From positions 1 to 45,652 of IMG/VR virus record IMGVR_UViG_3300005325_000007: a stretch of DNA of 45,652 nucleotides, one strand, 5' to 3'. Every line of letters starts with the position of its first letter. Position 1 is the first letter of the stretch. The position numbers were made by a program, and so were the translations under genes. Positions 1 to 9,467 of this stretch are shown here, piece after piece. This DNA is from a virus. Lineage: Duplodnaviria; Caudoviricetes. The notes under the pieces are model-generated. The model searched no databases. It saw only the letters and a list, made by a program, of their open reading frames with translations, and was not told where the DNA came from.

Positions 1-1048
1 TGAGACGTTCATACCCGGGGAATATGCTGCTTGTGACACCGCTGATAATCGGTTGACCTTTACCGGCGGATCTACGACCGGGGGCGCTGTTGTCTATGAG
101 GATGGGCTTTTCTTATACTCCCATCATGCAACGGACCCCTGCAGTGGGAAGCTGGTTAATGCGTTTGACCTGGTTAGGCTGCATAAGTTTGGCGACCAGG
201 ATGATAACGTCGTGCCAGGAACGCCGGCGAACCGGCTACCAAGCTTTACAGCAATGTGTCAGTTTGCGGTCGCTGATCAAGCGGTAACTGGGCTGATGAA
301 TCAGGAACGATATGAACAGGCAACCGAAGAATTTTCCAAAGTAAATATTAATGGAACCGTTGAGGGAACCACCAACGTTTTGCCAGAACCAGAGAACCTG
401 GACTGGATCAACCAAATGGAAGTGGCACCGACAACAGGCCTACCGACTAAAACAATCGACAACGTGCTGATCATCCTGGAAAATGACCCCCGACTTAAAG
501 GGAAACTGGCTTTCGATGAGTTCGCTAACCGTGGTTTAGCCATGGGATCCCTTCCCTGGGATGTCAGAGACGAACGCCGGGCATGGAGTGACCCGGATGA
601 CGCCGGATTGCTCCATTATCTGGAACATGTTTATAAGATCCAGTTATCGGATAAGCGGCTTTATGCTGCTATGACAATCTGCTCACAACGACACAAATTT
701 AACGACGTGAAAGATTACCTGACCGGTTTAACCTGGGATGGTGTTAAACGTCTCGATACTATTTTCACCGATTATCTGGGCGCTGAGGACAATATTTATA
801 CCCGGGCAGTGGCCAGAAAGAGTTTGGCCGCCGCTGTGGCCAGAGCCATGATCCCCGGTACCAAATATGATTACATGCCAATACTGGGCGGGCCCCAGGG
901 GATTGGCAAGAGTACCTTTTTAAGACTATTGGGCCACAAATGGTATTCAGACAGCTTGCAGACCTTTGAAGGCAAAGAAGCCAGTGAAATGATCCAGGGA
1001 GTCTGGATTAATGAGTTGGGTGAATTAACCGGGCTTTCCCGGTCAGAA
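1..1048 (+). repeat. Terminal direct repeat copy 1 (imperfect; pairs with 44599-45652)
   Basis: Aligns by eye with 44599-45652, with many substitutions and a 6-nt indel near 365-382; 926-1048 is identical. Confidence 0.95.
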
Positions 1049-1792
1049 AATAATGCGGTTAAGCAGTTTCTCAGTCGTACTGAGGATATTTACCGGGAGC
1101 CATACGGCCGCCGAACAGGAGTTTACCCACGGCGCTGCGTGTTCTTTGGGACCACCAACGATAATGAATATTTAAGAGATCGAACCGGGAACCGGCGATT
1201 CTGGCCGGTTGATGTTGGTATCGTGGAACCGACAAAGGATGTATTCTCTACATTAAAAGTTGAAGTGACTCAAATATGGGCTGAGGCTTATGTGGCCTGG
1301 CAATTAGGCGAAAAACTGTTTTTGTCTGGCAATGTGGAGGCGATGGCCAAAGAGATCCAGGAAGGACACCGGGAAGTCAGTGGAAAAGAAGGTATTGTCC
1401 TGGAATTTCTGGAAAAGAAAATACCCACTAACTGGGAAAAAAGAAACCTTAATGAGCGCCGAATGTTTTGGGCAAGTGAGCACAGCGTTAATGAAAATGA
1501 TCTCGTGGAGCGTGACAGGGTATGTGCTGCAGAAATTTGGTGTGAGTGCCTTGGCGGGGACCCCAAGTACATGAAAAGGCAGGACACCGTGGAGATAAAC
1601 GGCATCCTTGAGAATGCCCCAGGGTGGGAAAAAAATAAAGCAAGTTTGCGTTTTGGAAAGCCCTATGGGCCACAAAAAGGATTCTTGAAAACCAGTAATT
1701 CAGCGGGTTTGAGTGATAAAATCCTCAAATTTGCAGAGAAAGAGCAGGTTTTGGAGAAAGTTACGTCTAGAGGGGTAGAAAGTTACGTCTAA
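2..1792 (+). CDS. VirE/VapE-family primase-helicase, 3' part (5' truncated by window start)
   Basis: Frame is open from base 2. Walker A GGPQGIGKST, WINELGEL, YREPYGRR and GTTN..YLRDRTGNRRFWPV are typical of VirE-like SF3 helicases. Confidence 0.9.
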   Translation, partial: ETFIPGEYAACDTADNRLTFTGGSTTGGAVVYEDGLFLYSHHATDPCSGKLVNAFDLVRLHKFGDQDDNVVPGTPANRLPSFTAMCQFAVADQAVTGLMNQERYEQATEEFSKVNINGTVEGTTNVLPEPENLDWINQMEVAPTTGLPTKTIDNVLIILENDPRLKGKLAFDEFANRGLAMGSLPWDVRDERRAWSDPDDAGLLHYLEHVYKIQLSDKRLYAAMTICSQRHKFNDVKDYLTGLTWDGVKRLDTIFTDYLGAEDNIYTRAVARKSLAAAVARAMIPGTKYDYMPILGGPQGIGKSTFLRLLGHKWYSDSLQTFEGKEASEMIQGVWINELGELTGLSRSENNAVKQFLSRTEDIYREPYGRRTGVYPRRCVFFGTTNDNEYLRDRTGNRRFWPVDVGIVEPTKDVFSTLKVEVTQIWAEAYVAWQLGEKLFLSGNVEAMAKEIQEGHREVSGKEGIVLEFLEKKIPTNWEKRNLNERRMFWASEHSVNENDLVERDRVCAAEIWCECLGGDPKYMKRQDTVEINGILENAPGWEKNKASLRFGKPYGPQKGFLKTSNSAGLSDKILKFAEKEQVLEKVTSRGVESYV

Positions 1793-1995
1793 GTTACGCC
1801 TAGACGTAACAACGTAACTTTGATGTAACTTTGAAAGTTACGCCTGAAACCCTTATAAACAGAGGGCTAAAGACTAAACGTAACAACGTAACTTTAATTT
1901 ATATAAACTAAATAAATAGAGGGATTAGGGATAGCGGTGCATATATGTACCGCCTGTACGTAAATACGCGTATACGCGCGTTACGTGGTTACGTT
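1757..1995. repeat. Iteron-like cluster, putative replication origin
   Basis: About 11 GTTACG/CGTAAC-type motifs in both orientations; 18-bp direct repeat ACGTAACAACGTAACTTT at 1804-1821 and 1878-1895; AT-rich tract at ~1893-1920; immediately downstream of the primase-helicase gene. Confidence 0.7.
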
Positions 1996-2028
1996 TAGCA
2001 AAATCGTTTTTGAAAGAAGGTTTGATTT

Positions 2029-2313
2029 ATGAGTGAGAAAGAAATAGAGGATTACCTGACCAAGAGAGTGAAAAATATTGGCGGTAGAGCCTATAAATTT
2101 GTCAGCCCTGGCAATTCAGGTGTGCCAGACAGATTGGTGTGTCTCCCGGGAGGAAAGATAGTTTTTGTAGAGCTTAAAGCCCCAGGTGAAAAAACCAGAC
2201 CGAATCAGGATTCTCAAATAAGGAAATTGCGTGATCTTGGATGCGAAGTTTTTGTTATCGACAATAAAGAAACCGTCAACGAACAGGTAGAGTTTTGGAG
2301 AGAGCGGCCGTGA
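2029..2313 (+). CDS. VRR-NUC domain nuclease
   Basis: EKEIE...KFVSPGNSGVPDRLV...FVELKAPG (PD-(D/E)XK pattern); usual position between VirE and SNF2. Confidence 0.9.
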   Translation: MSEKEIEDYLTKRVKNIGGRAYKFVSPGNSGVPDRLVCLPGGKIVFVELKAPGEKTRPNQDSQIRKLRDLGCEVFVIDNKETVNEQVEFWRERP

Positions 2314-3677
2314 AGCAGTTTAACCCCCACGCCTACCAGCGATACTGCATTAACCAGATGATCGTCAATAAAAATCTGGCCCTATGGTTGGATATGGGAT
2401 TAGGCAAGACCTCAATCACCTTAACCGCAATCAATGACCTGAAATACAACCGGTTCGCAATTACCAAGACCCTGATCATCGCCCCTAAGAAGGTCGCCCA
2501 GGGAACCTGGAACCGGGAAAAGGATAAATGGCAACACCTGCAGCTTTTGAGAATATCCCAGGTGTTAGGCAGCCAGATCCAGAGAATCAGAGCCTTAAAT
2601 CTACCCGCTGATATTTACATCACCAACCGGGAAAACGTCCAGTGGCTGGTTGACTATTACCGGAATGATTGGCCATTCGATACGGTGGTTATCGATGAGG
2701 CGTCAAGCTTCAAGAGCCACCAGGCCAAACGGTTTAAAGCTTTAAAAAGTGTCCGACCTAAAATTGACCGCCTGATTGAGTTAACCGGTACCCCGGCCCC
2801 CAAAGGATATATTGACCTTTGGGCACAGATCTTCCTGTTGGATCAGGGCGAGCGATTAGGCAAAACCATTACCGCTTATCGAAACCGGTATTTTGACAAT
2901 GAGAGTTACGGCTTTGGGTACAACATCAAGCCAGGAGCCGAAGATATTATAAGGGATAAGCTGCAGGGTTTGTGTATCTCTATGAAATCTGAGGATTACC
3001 TGGACCTACCGGACGTGATTGTGGATGATATCCCGGTGATCCTGGAAGGCAAGGGCAAAACAGCCTACAAGGAAATGGAAAAGAAGATGTTGTTAGAAGT
3101 CGACCCCGAAACCATCGTGGATGCTACCAGTGCAGCAGTATTATCAAATAAACTTCAACAGCTTTGTAATGGCGCGATCTATGACGAGGATCATGGCGTT
3201 CATGAAATTCACAGTTCTAAGATCGAACGGTTCCTGGAACTGGTTGAAGAACTAAACGGCAAACCGGCCATCGTGTTTTATAGTTTTAAACACGATCTGG
3301 ACCGGATCCAGAAAGCATTATTAAAAAGCGGCCTGGAAGTTCGAGTTTTCAAGACGCCACAAGATGAGGATGACTGGAACGCCGGAAAGATTGATGTCCT
3401 GCTTGCCCATCCAGCCAGTACAGCCTATGGCCTGAACCTTCAAGATGGCGGAAACCATATTATCTGGTTTGGCCTTAACTGGTCGCTGGAACTGTACCAG
3501 CAGGCTAATAAAAGACTACACCGCCAGGGGCAGCAGCAGAAAGTTATTATTCACCGGCTAATCGTTGAAGGCGGACGCGATGAAGATATTGCCGCCGCCC
3601 TGGAAGAAAAACACGTTACCCAGCGCGATCTGCTGGAAAGTCTGAAAGCAAGAATTGAGAAAGTGAGGAAAAAATAA
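2310..3677 (+). CDS. SNF2-family DEAD/DEAH helicase
   Basis: DMGLGKT, VIDEAS, LTGTP, GLNLQ and QANKRLHRQGQ motifs; GTG start overlaps the upstream stop. Confidence 0.92.
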   Translation: MKQFNPHAYQRYCINQMIVNKNLALWLDMGLGKTSITLTAINDLKYNRFAITKTLIIAPKKVAQGTWNREKDKWQHLQLLRISQVLGSQIQRIRALNLPADIYITNRENVQWLVDYYRNDWPFDTVVIDEASSFKSHQAKRFKALKSVRPKIDRLIELTGTPAPKGYIDLWAQIFLLDQGERLGKTITAYRNRYFDNESYGFGYNIKPGAEDIIRDKLQGLCISMKSEDYLDLPDVIVDDIPVILEGKGKTAYKEMEKKMLLEVDPETIVDATSAAVLSNKLQQLCNGAIYDEDHGVHEIHSSKIERFLELVEELNGKPAIVFYSFKHDLDRIQKALLKSGLEVRVFKTPQDEDDWNAGKIDVLLAHPASTAYGLNLQDGGNHIIWFGLNWSLELYQQANKRLHRQGQQQKVIIHRLIVEGGRDEDIAAALEEKHVTQRDLLESLKARIEKVRKK

Positions 3678-4579
3678 TGACCTTGCAAGAGCGATTAAAC
3701 CATTACATGGAAAAATATTGTCTATCTGGTGCAGAAATGTCGAAGCGATCCGGGGTACACCCGAATCACATTTCGAAAATTAGACGACATAACGAATACA
3801 GCCCCCAAACAGCAAAGAAATTAACAACAGTGTTGGGCGATGTGTGCGAGCAATATGTTATCTATAGCGCCTGCGAATGTGGTAAACAGTACGTTCAGAG
3901 ATCATCAAACCAGCACCATTGCAGTAGTGAGTGTTCAGAGTATTATACCGGTAGACCGTGGGGGATTAATAAACGGTATAGTGAAAAAAAGAAAGCGAAA
4001 ACCAAACAGAAGCGGGCTAAAGTGAATTACGCCGAATACAACGAACGGGCCAGATCCCAAGGCCTAAGTTACGGACAATTGCAGGGGGTTGGAAAGGTTA
4101 GGGTTGAGATGATAATGCCATGGGAAAAGGATGCTGAAGTATTAAAGGCATTTGGAATTAAAAAAGTCGGTTTCGGTGATATCGGAGATTCGATTGAGCC
4201 GGATCTAGAAAAAAGTTGCGAAACCTGTAATTTTAAAAGGTTCCCCCATATCTGTGCTGAAGGTGATTGCGATGAAGGTTATAGTTGTTGGCAGCCAATC
4301 GAACCAGAACAATCCGCCAAAGCAGATTCCGGCAAACCCCGACCAACGCTTGTACCGCCGAGCCTAATCAAAGCTGTAGCAGTTATTCGGGGTTATGGAG
4401 CCGAGAAATACAGGAGCGATGACAACTGGCGAAAAGTCGAACCGCAACGATACCGGGACGCATTATATCGGCATTGGTTGGCGTACCTGGAAGGCGAGGT
4501 TGATGATCCGGAGAGCGGGTTACCGCATATTTGGCATTGCGCCTGCAATATTGCATTTTTGATTGAGATGGAGGATTGA
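3677..4579 (+). CDS. HTH/Cys-rich protein joined to a dATP/dGTP diphosphohydrolase-like (DUF5664-like) domain; possibly two genes fused
   Basis: N-terminal HTH-like and Cys-rich segments; C-terminal KADSGKPRPTLVP..YGAEKY..DNWRK..DALYRH..DPESGLPHIWHCACN. Confidence 0.65.
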   Translation: MTLQERLNHYMEKYCLSGAEMSKRSGVHPNHISKIRRHNEYSPQTAKKLTTVLGDVCEQYVIYSACECGKQYVQRSSNQHHCSSECSEYYTGRPWGINKRYSEKKKAKTKQKRAKVNYAEYNERARSQGLSYGQLQGVGKVRVEMIMPWEKDAEVLKAFGIKKVGFGDIGDSIEPDLEKSCETCNFKRFPHICAEGDCDEGYSCWQPIEPEQSAKADSGKPRPTLVPPSLIKAVAVIRGYGAEKYRSDDNWRKVEPQRYRDALYRHWLAYLEGEVDDPESGLPHIWHCACNIAFLIEMED

Positions 4580-4582
4580 GAA

Positions 4583-4891
4583 ATGAGTTCAGTAAAATTA
4601 TGTGAAAACTGCCTGCACGATATAAAAACACCGCAGGAATCACCTTGCCTTGAGTGCCGAAAGGGGAGCGGATGGGAAAGTAAGCAAAACGGATGTGAAT
4701 TTTGCAATTATGAAGAAACAATAAAAATAGGCGATATTGAAATTTCCATATTTGGAATTGATTCTAGAAAAAACTTGACGGTTGATGTCACCGATGTCCA
4801 TTGCAAGCCACATGAAGCGGTAAATGAAGAAAGCTTTAAAATCAATTACTGCCCGATGTGCGGAAAAATATTGGGCAGGGAGGTATTATGA
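4583..4891 (+). CDS. Cys-rich (zinc-binding) hypothetical protein
   Basis: GGAGG RBS; several CxxC pairs; C-terminal INYCPMCG. Confidence 0.7.
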   Translation: MSSVKLCENCLHDIKTPQESPCLECRKGSGWESKQNGCEFCNYEETIKIGDIEISIFGIDSRKNLTVDVTDVHCKPHEAVNEESFKINYCPMCGKILGREVL

Positions 4892-4998
4892 CACCTGAAG
4901 TAATAAACGATATTTGTGGTCTTTTGACATGGGTCTCATTGATGGCCACAATTTTAATTTACCACTGGATCAGTTGTAAGTATGGAGGTGACAAATGA
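4888..4998 (+). CDS. Small membrane protein (36 aa)
   Basis: GGAGGT RBS; ATGA overlap with upstream stop; hydrophobic core; read manually. Confidence 0.55.
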   Translation: MTPEVINDICGLLTWVSLMATILIYHWISCKYGGDK

Positions 4999-5168
4999 AT
5001 AGAAAAATAATAATTGTGATCTGGCTGGTAACCTTTGGAGTTTCGGTGGGATCATTTGTACATAAGCTTTTCTGTGGTCACTTCGATATGGAAAGACTTA
5101 ATACAATATTTCTTATTGGCCTTGTGATTATGCAGCATAAACAATTAATGGATATGGAGGAACTATGA
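4995..5168 (+). CDS. Small membrane protein (57 aa)
   Basis: GGAGGTG RBS; ATGA overlaps at both ends; hydrophobic segments; read manually. Confidence 0.6.
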   Translation: MNRKIIIVIWLVTFGVSVGSFVHKLFCGHFDMERLNTIFLIGLVIMQHKQLMDMEEL

Positions 5169-5680
5169 CACCAGAAGAAAGACAAGCAAAAGTAAAATGG
5201 TTAAGCCGGTACCGGATCTTAGAAAATCAGGTTAAACGCCTGGAAGCCGAAGCCGAGCGGTGGCGATCCCGGGCATCAAACACTGTGCCGGCGCCGGTGC
5301 ATTTTAAATATTATGACAGCAATAAGAAAAGCGATCAGGCGGTTCTGGCAACCATGACCAGGCAGGAGATCCGGCGCAATAACATGATGCCGGTGGTGGT
5401 CCATGGGTCAAGCGGAATAGGGATAGACGATTGCATAGCTGAAATTTCTGACATGCAGTGCCAAATTCAAGAGAAAATAACACAGTCGACAAAAGTTAGG
5501 TCGGATATCGGAAAAGCCATTGACGCCGTTCCTGATGACAAATTACAACTGTTGCTTTATTACAAGTATGTGGACGGGCTGTATTTTGAGGAAATATGCT
5601 GTAAAATGAAATATTCTTATCAGCACGCTAAGAGATTGCACAATGAAGCATTGAAAATTTTGAAACATGAGCCACAATGA
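5165..5680 (+). CDS. ArpU/RinA-like (DUF1492-like) late transcriptional activator
   Basis: WLSRYR N-terminus; C-terminal sigma-region-4-like LLYYKYVDGLYFEEIC..MKYSYQHAKRLHNEAL; sits directly before the terminase genes. Confidence 0.75.
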   Translation: MTPEERQAKVKWLSRYRILENQVKRLEAEAERWRSRASNTVPAPVHFKYYDSNKKSDQAVLATMTRQEIRRNNMMPVVVHGSSGIGIDDCIAEISDMQCQIQEKITQSTKVRSDIGKAIDAVPDDKLQLLLYYKYVDGLYFEEICCKMKYSYQHAKRLHNEALKILKHEPQ

Positions 5681-5776
5681 GCCATGGATCTGTGAGATTA
5701 TGGTAGCATGAAATAAAAACGTTGAGGCATCGGGAAACCGGTGTCTTTTTATATGCCCGAAAAGGAGGTGAGGTCA

Positions 5777-6586
5777 GTGGCCAAAGGAAAATACGAATAT
5801 TGGCTAACAGACGATGGTCTCACCCTACTGGAAGGTTGGGCAAGAGATGGACTGACTGACGAGCAAATATCAGAAAAAATCGGTGTAAATAGAGATACTT
5901 TATATACATGGAAAAAGAAGTATCCCGACATTTCCGACGCCCTAAAAAAGGGAAAAGAAGTAATTGACCGCCAAGTTGAGAACGCCTTATTAAAAAGAGC
6001 CCTTGGTTTTGAGTATGAAGAAGTGACCAAAGAGCGAATTGTTGATACTGGACAAGCACAACGACATGATGAATGGCAGGAATTAACCCAGGAAGAATGG
6101 GAGTTCGCAAAGAAATACTTTAACCACGAGTGTTGTTATTGCGGGACGATCACCAGTAAATTAACTAAAGACCACGTAAAACCATTGCAGGATGATGGAA
6201 AATTGACTTTTGATAATGTGATACCAGCCTGCCAATCCTGCAACTCATCAAAAAAAGACAAAGAAATGATGAGCTGGTATCAAGCAACAAGTTTTTACGA
6301 TCAGTACAGAATGAGTAAAATCCACAGTTATTTGAATTTTGTGATAGTTCACGGTCAGAATCTTTTCAGAAAAGGCGGATCAGATCGGCTCGTAGTCACA
6401 AAAGTTGTCACTAAGATGGTTGCGCCGGACACAACGGCCCAGATATTCTGGCTCAAAAACCGAAAGCCGAACGAATACCGAGACAAGCGAGATGTTGAGC
6501 ATTCTGGCGATCTGGGCTTAAATAATCCCTTCGAAGAACTGACAAAAGAGCAACTGTTGAAATTGGCAGGGGAAGATGATGGATAA
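5777..6586 (+). CDS. terS: Terminase small subunit-like HTH protein with an in-frame HNH domain
   Basis: AGGAGGTG RBS then GTG. EGWARDGLTDEQI..TLYTWKKKYPDISDALKKGKE..VENALLKRALG and PDTTAQIFWLKNRKP flank CCYCG..TKDHVKP..N..ACQSCN. Confidence 0.75.
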   Translation: MAKGKYEYWLTDDGLTLLEGWARDGLTDEQISEKIGVNRDTLYTWKKKYPDISDALKKGKEVIDRQVENALLKRALGFEYEEVTKERIVDTGQAQRHDEWQELTQEEWEFAKKYFNHECCYCGTITSKLTKDHVKPLQDDGKLTFDNVIPACQSCNSSKKDKEMMSWYQATSFYDQYRMSKIHSYLNFVIVHGQNLFRKGGSDRLVVTKVVTKMVAPDTTAQIFWLKNRKPNEYRDKRDVEHSGDLGLNNPFEELTKEQLLKLAGEDDG

Positions 6587-7958
6587 AGAACAAATCGCTT
6601 TACAGGCAAAGTTAGAGCTTGCAAGGCGTGAGTTCTATTTTTATTGCCGGACAAAGGCGCCGGGATTCTATAAAAAAGACCGGGTTTACCTGAAGGATCT
6701 CTGTAATGAGTTGCAGGATTTTATCGAATCCGATGAAGAAGTTATTGTTATTGCAGAGCCGCCACGCCATGGCAAAAGCCGAACCGGCGGGAACCTGGTT
6801 GAGTGGCTGCTGGGAAAAGATAAGACCCGAAAGATCATGACCGGGTCCTACAATGAGACCCTGTCTACCATGTTCTCGAAAAATGTTAGAAACACAATTC
6901 AAGAAGAAAAGGCGGATCTGTCAAAACCTGTTTTTTCAGATATCTTCCCAGGGATCACAATTAAACGCGGCGATGGGGCAATGAATCTGTGGAGCCTTGA
7001 AGGTGGCTATAATAATTACCTGGCCACCAGCCCGACGGGTACCGCCACAGGATTCGGCTGTAACATCATGATCATTGACGATTTAATCAAGTCGGCCCTT
7101 GAAGCAAATAATGCTGATGTTTTAGAAAAGCACTGGTCATGGTTCACAGATACTATGCTTTCCCGACTTGAAGAAGGTGGAAAGATCATCGTCATCATGA
7201 CGCGCTGGCATAGCAACGATCTGGCCGGTAAGATATTGGACTGGTGTGTCAAAGAAGGCAAAAAACACCGATATGTCAGAATGCAGGCATTGAACAAAGA
7301 AACCGGCGAAATGCTTTGTCCTGAGATCCTGAGTCATAAATCATACATGACTAAGGTGTCGGCCATGGGCGCCGACATCGCTTCAGCAAATTACCAACAG
7401 GAGCCGATCGACCTTAAGGGTCGTTTGTACAGCCAGTTCAAAACCTATTCAGGTGATCTGCCCGATTTTAAAGCAATCAAAAATTACACTGATACCGCTG
7501 ATACTGGCGATGACTATTTATGCTCTATAAATTATGGCGTAACGTTCGCCAACGAGGCTTATATCCTTGATGTTCTTTACACTAAGGACCCTATGGAAAT
7601 AACCGAGCCGAAAACGGCAAGAATGCTGGAAAAAGATAATGTTAATGTTGCGAACATTGAGTCAAATAACGGCGGCCGCGGCTTTGCCCGAAATGTTGAG
7701 CGGCTGCTTAAGAATAACAAAACAAAAGTCCAATGGTTCCACCAATCTAAAAACAAGCAGGCTCGTATATTAACAAATGCAACCTGGGTAATGGATCATT
7801 GCTATTATCCCGAGGACTGGCACAACCGTTGGCCCGACTTTTATGACTCAATGATCAAATACCAGCGTGAAGGTAAAAACAAACACGACGATGCCCAGGA
7901 CGCCATCACCGGCGTTGCTGAAAAGATATCTAAGAAATCTTTAGTCGGTTTCGACTAA
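6576..7958 (+). CDS. terL: Terminase large subunit
   Basis: PPRHGKS Walker A, IIDD Walker B, MTRWH, C-terminal nuclease motifs DTAD and HDDAQD. Confidence 0.93.
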   Translation: MMDKEQIALQAKLELARREFYFYCRTKAPGFYKKDRVYLKDLCNELQDFIESDEEVIVIAEPPRHGKSRTGGNLVEWLLGKDKTRKIMTGSYNETLSTMFSKNVRNTIQEEKADLSKPVFSDIFPGITIKRGDGAMNLWSLEGGYNNYLATSPTGTATGFGCNIMIIDDLIKSALEANNADVLEKHWSWFTDTMLSRLEEGGKIIVIMTRWHSNDLAGKILDWCVKEGKKHRYVRMQALNKETGEMLCPEILSHKSYMTKVSAMGADIASANYQQEPIDLKGRLYSQFKTYSGDLPDFKAIKNYTDTADTGDDYLCSINYGVTFANEAYILDVLYTKDPMEITEPKTARMLEKDNVNVANIESNNGGRGFARNVERLLKNNKTKVQWFHQSKNKQARILTNATWVMDHCYYPEDWHNRWPDFYDSMIKYQREGKNKHDDAQDAITGVAEKISKKSLVGFD

Positions 7959-7985
7959 ACACCCATTTTGAAAGGAGGCGGTAAC

Positions 7986-9467
7986 TTGATAATATCAGAA
8001 ACATCGAGAATCAACGCAATCATAACTGAAGGGGCTCAGAACGTTATCAGCGATCTAAGGTTTCTTGAGTTGGAAATATCCCGATGGAAAAAGGGACCTG
8101 AACGAAAGCTGCAAATAACCGGAGAAAAGTATTATGGCAATGAGCATGATATTTTATCCCGGAAACGAACAATGATCGGCAAGGATGGCGAACCCGTTGA
8201 GTTGCAAGGTCTTCCTGATAACAAGATCATTGACAATCAATATGCAAAGATGGTGGACCAGAAAAAGAACTACCTGATCGGTAAACCGTTCACAATCACC
8301 AGCGATGATGACGCTTACGTCGAGGTATTAAAAGATGTTTTCGATAAAGCTTTCACTCGTACCCTTAAAAACGTCACAGAGGACGCATTTAACCAGGGTA
8401 AAGGATGGGTGCACCCTTTTTACGGGGAAGACGGAAAACTCAAATTTAAGCGGTTTGAGGCTTACGAGATCCTACCATTTTGGAACGACAAAGACCACAC
8501 TGATTTGGAATACGCGGTGAGGCTCTACGAGGTCGACGTCTACAAGGACAATGAGACGATGGAGTTAGTGGAAAAGGTCGAGGTTTATACGAAGAAAGGC
8601 ATTGACCGCTACACTCTGGATGATGGCAGCCTGATCCCGGACCCAGAGAACCCACACAGCGATTATCTGGTAATCGAAAATGGCGAGGACGCCGAGCGTT
8701 ACAACTGGGGCAAGATTCCTCTAATCGCATTTAAGGCGAACAATAAAGAAATGCCACTGATCAAGCGGGTCAAGAGTCTTCAAGACGGTATTAACATTAT
8801 GTTATCCGACTTTGAGAATCGAATGCAGGAAGATGCTTGGAACACCATTATCGTACTGGAAAACTACGACGGTGCTGATCTCAGTGAGTTCCGTCAAAAG
8901 CTGGCCCAGTTTGGAGCGGTTAAAGTCAGATCTGAAGAAGGAAGTCGCGGCGGGGTGTCGACCTTAAACATTGCATTTACGGCTGATAACTTTAAGGCAA
9001 TTCTTGATCTGTTTAAAAAAGCACTGATTGAGAATGCCCGGGGTTATGATGCCAAAGACGACCGCATGAGCAGCAACCCGAACCAGATGAACATTCAAAG
9101 TATGTATTCCGATATTGATCTGGATGCTGACGATATGGAAACCGAATACCAGGCAGCCATTGAAGAACTGGCCTTTTTTATCGATACGCACATTTACAAT
9201 ACTACTGGCGAAGATTTTGCAACTGTTGATTTTGAAATCACCTTCAATCGAAACGTTTTGATTAATACCGCTGAGTTGATCGATAATTGCCAGAAATCGA
9301 GCAGCCTTGTCAGCAAAGAAACGATCCTGGCTAAACACCCATTTGTAGACGATGTTGTCGAAGAACTCGATCGACTAAAAAAAGAAACAGCACAGATGGT
9401 TGACTCATATGGCCCCTTCCCATTGGAGCAGCAGAGCGACCGGGTGAACGACGATGAAACAGACTGA
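7986..9467 (+). CDS. Portal protein, SPP1 gp6-like
   Basis: Follows TerL; NQYAKMVDQKKNYLIGKP, WGKIPLIAFKAN and FNRNVLIN motifs; TTG start after AGGAGG. Confidence 0.9.
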   Translation: MIISETSRINAIITEGAQNVISDLRFLELEISRWKKGPERKLQITGEKYYGNEHDILSRKRTMIGKDGEPVELQGLPDNKIIDNQYAKMVDQKKNYLIGKPFTITSDDDAYVEVLKDVFDKAFTRTLKNVTEDAFNQGKGWVHPFYGEDGKLKFKRFEAYEILPFWNDKDHTDLEYAVRLYEVDVYKDNETMELVEKVEVYTKKGIDRYTLDDGSLIPDPENPHSDYLVIENGEDAERYNWGKIPLIAFKANNKEMPLIKRVKSLQDGINIMLSDFENRMQEDAWNTIIVLENYDGADLSEFRQKLAQFGAVKVRSEEGSRGGVSTLNIAFTADNFKAILDLFKKALIENARGYDAKDDRMSSNPNQMNIQSMYSDIDLDADDMETEYQAAIEELAFFIDTHIYNTTGEDFATVDFEITFNRNVLINTAELIDNCQKSSSLVSKETILAKHPFVDDVVEELDRLKKETAQMVDSYGPFPLEQQSDRVNDDETD

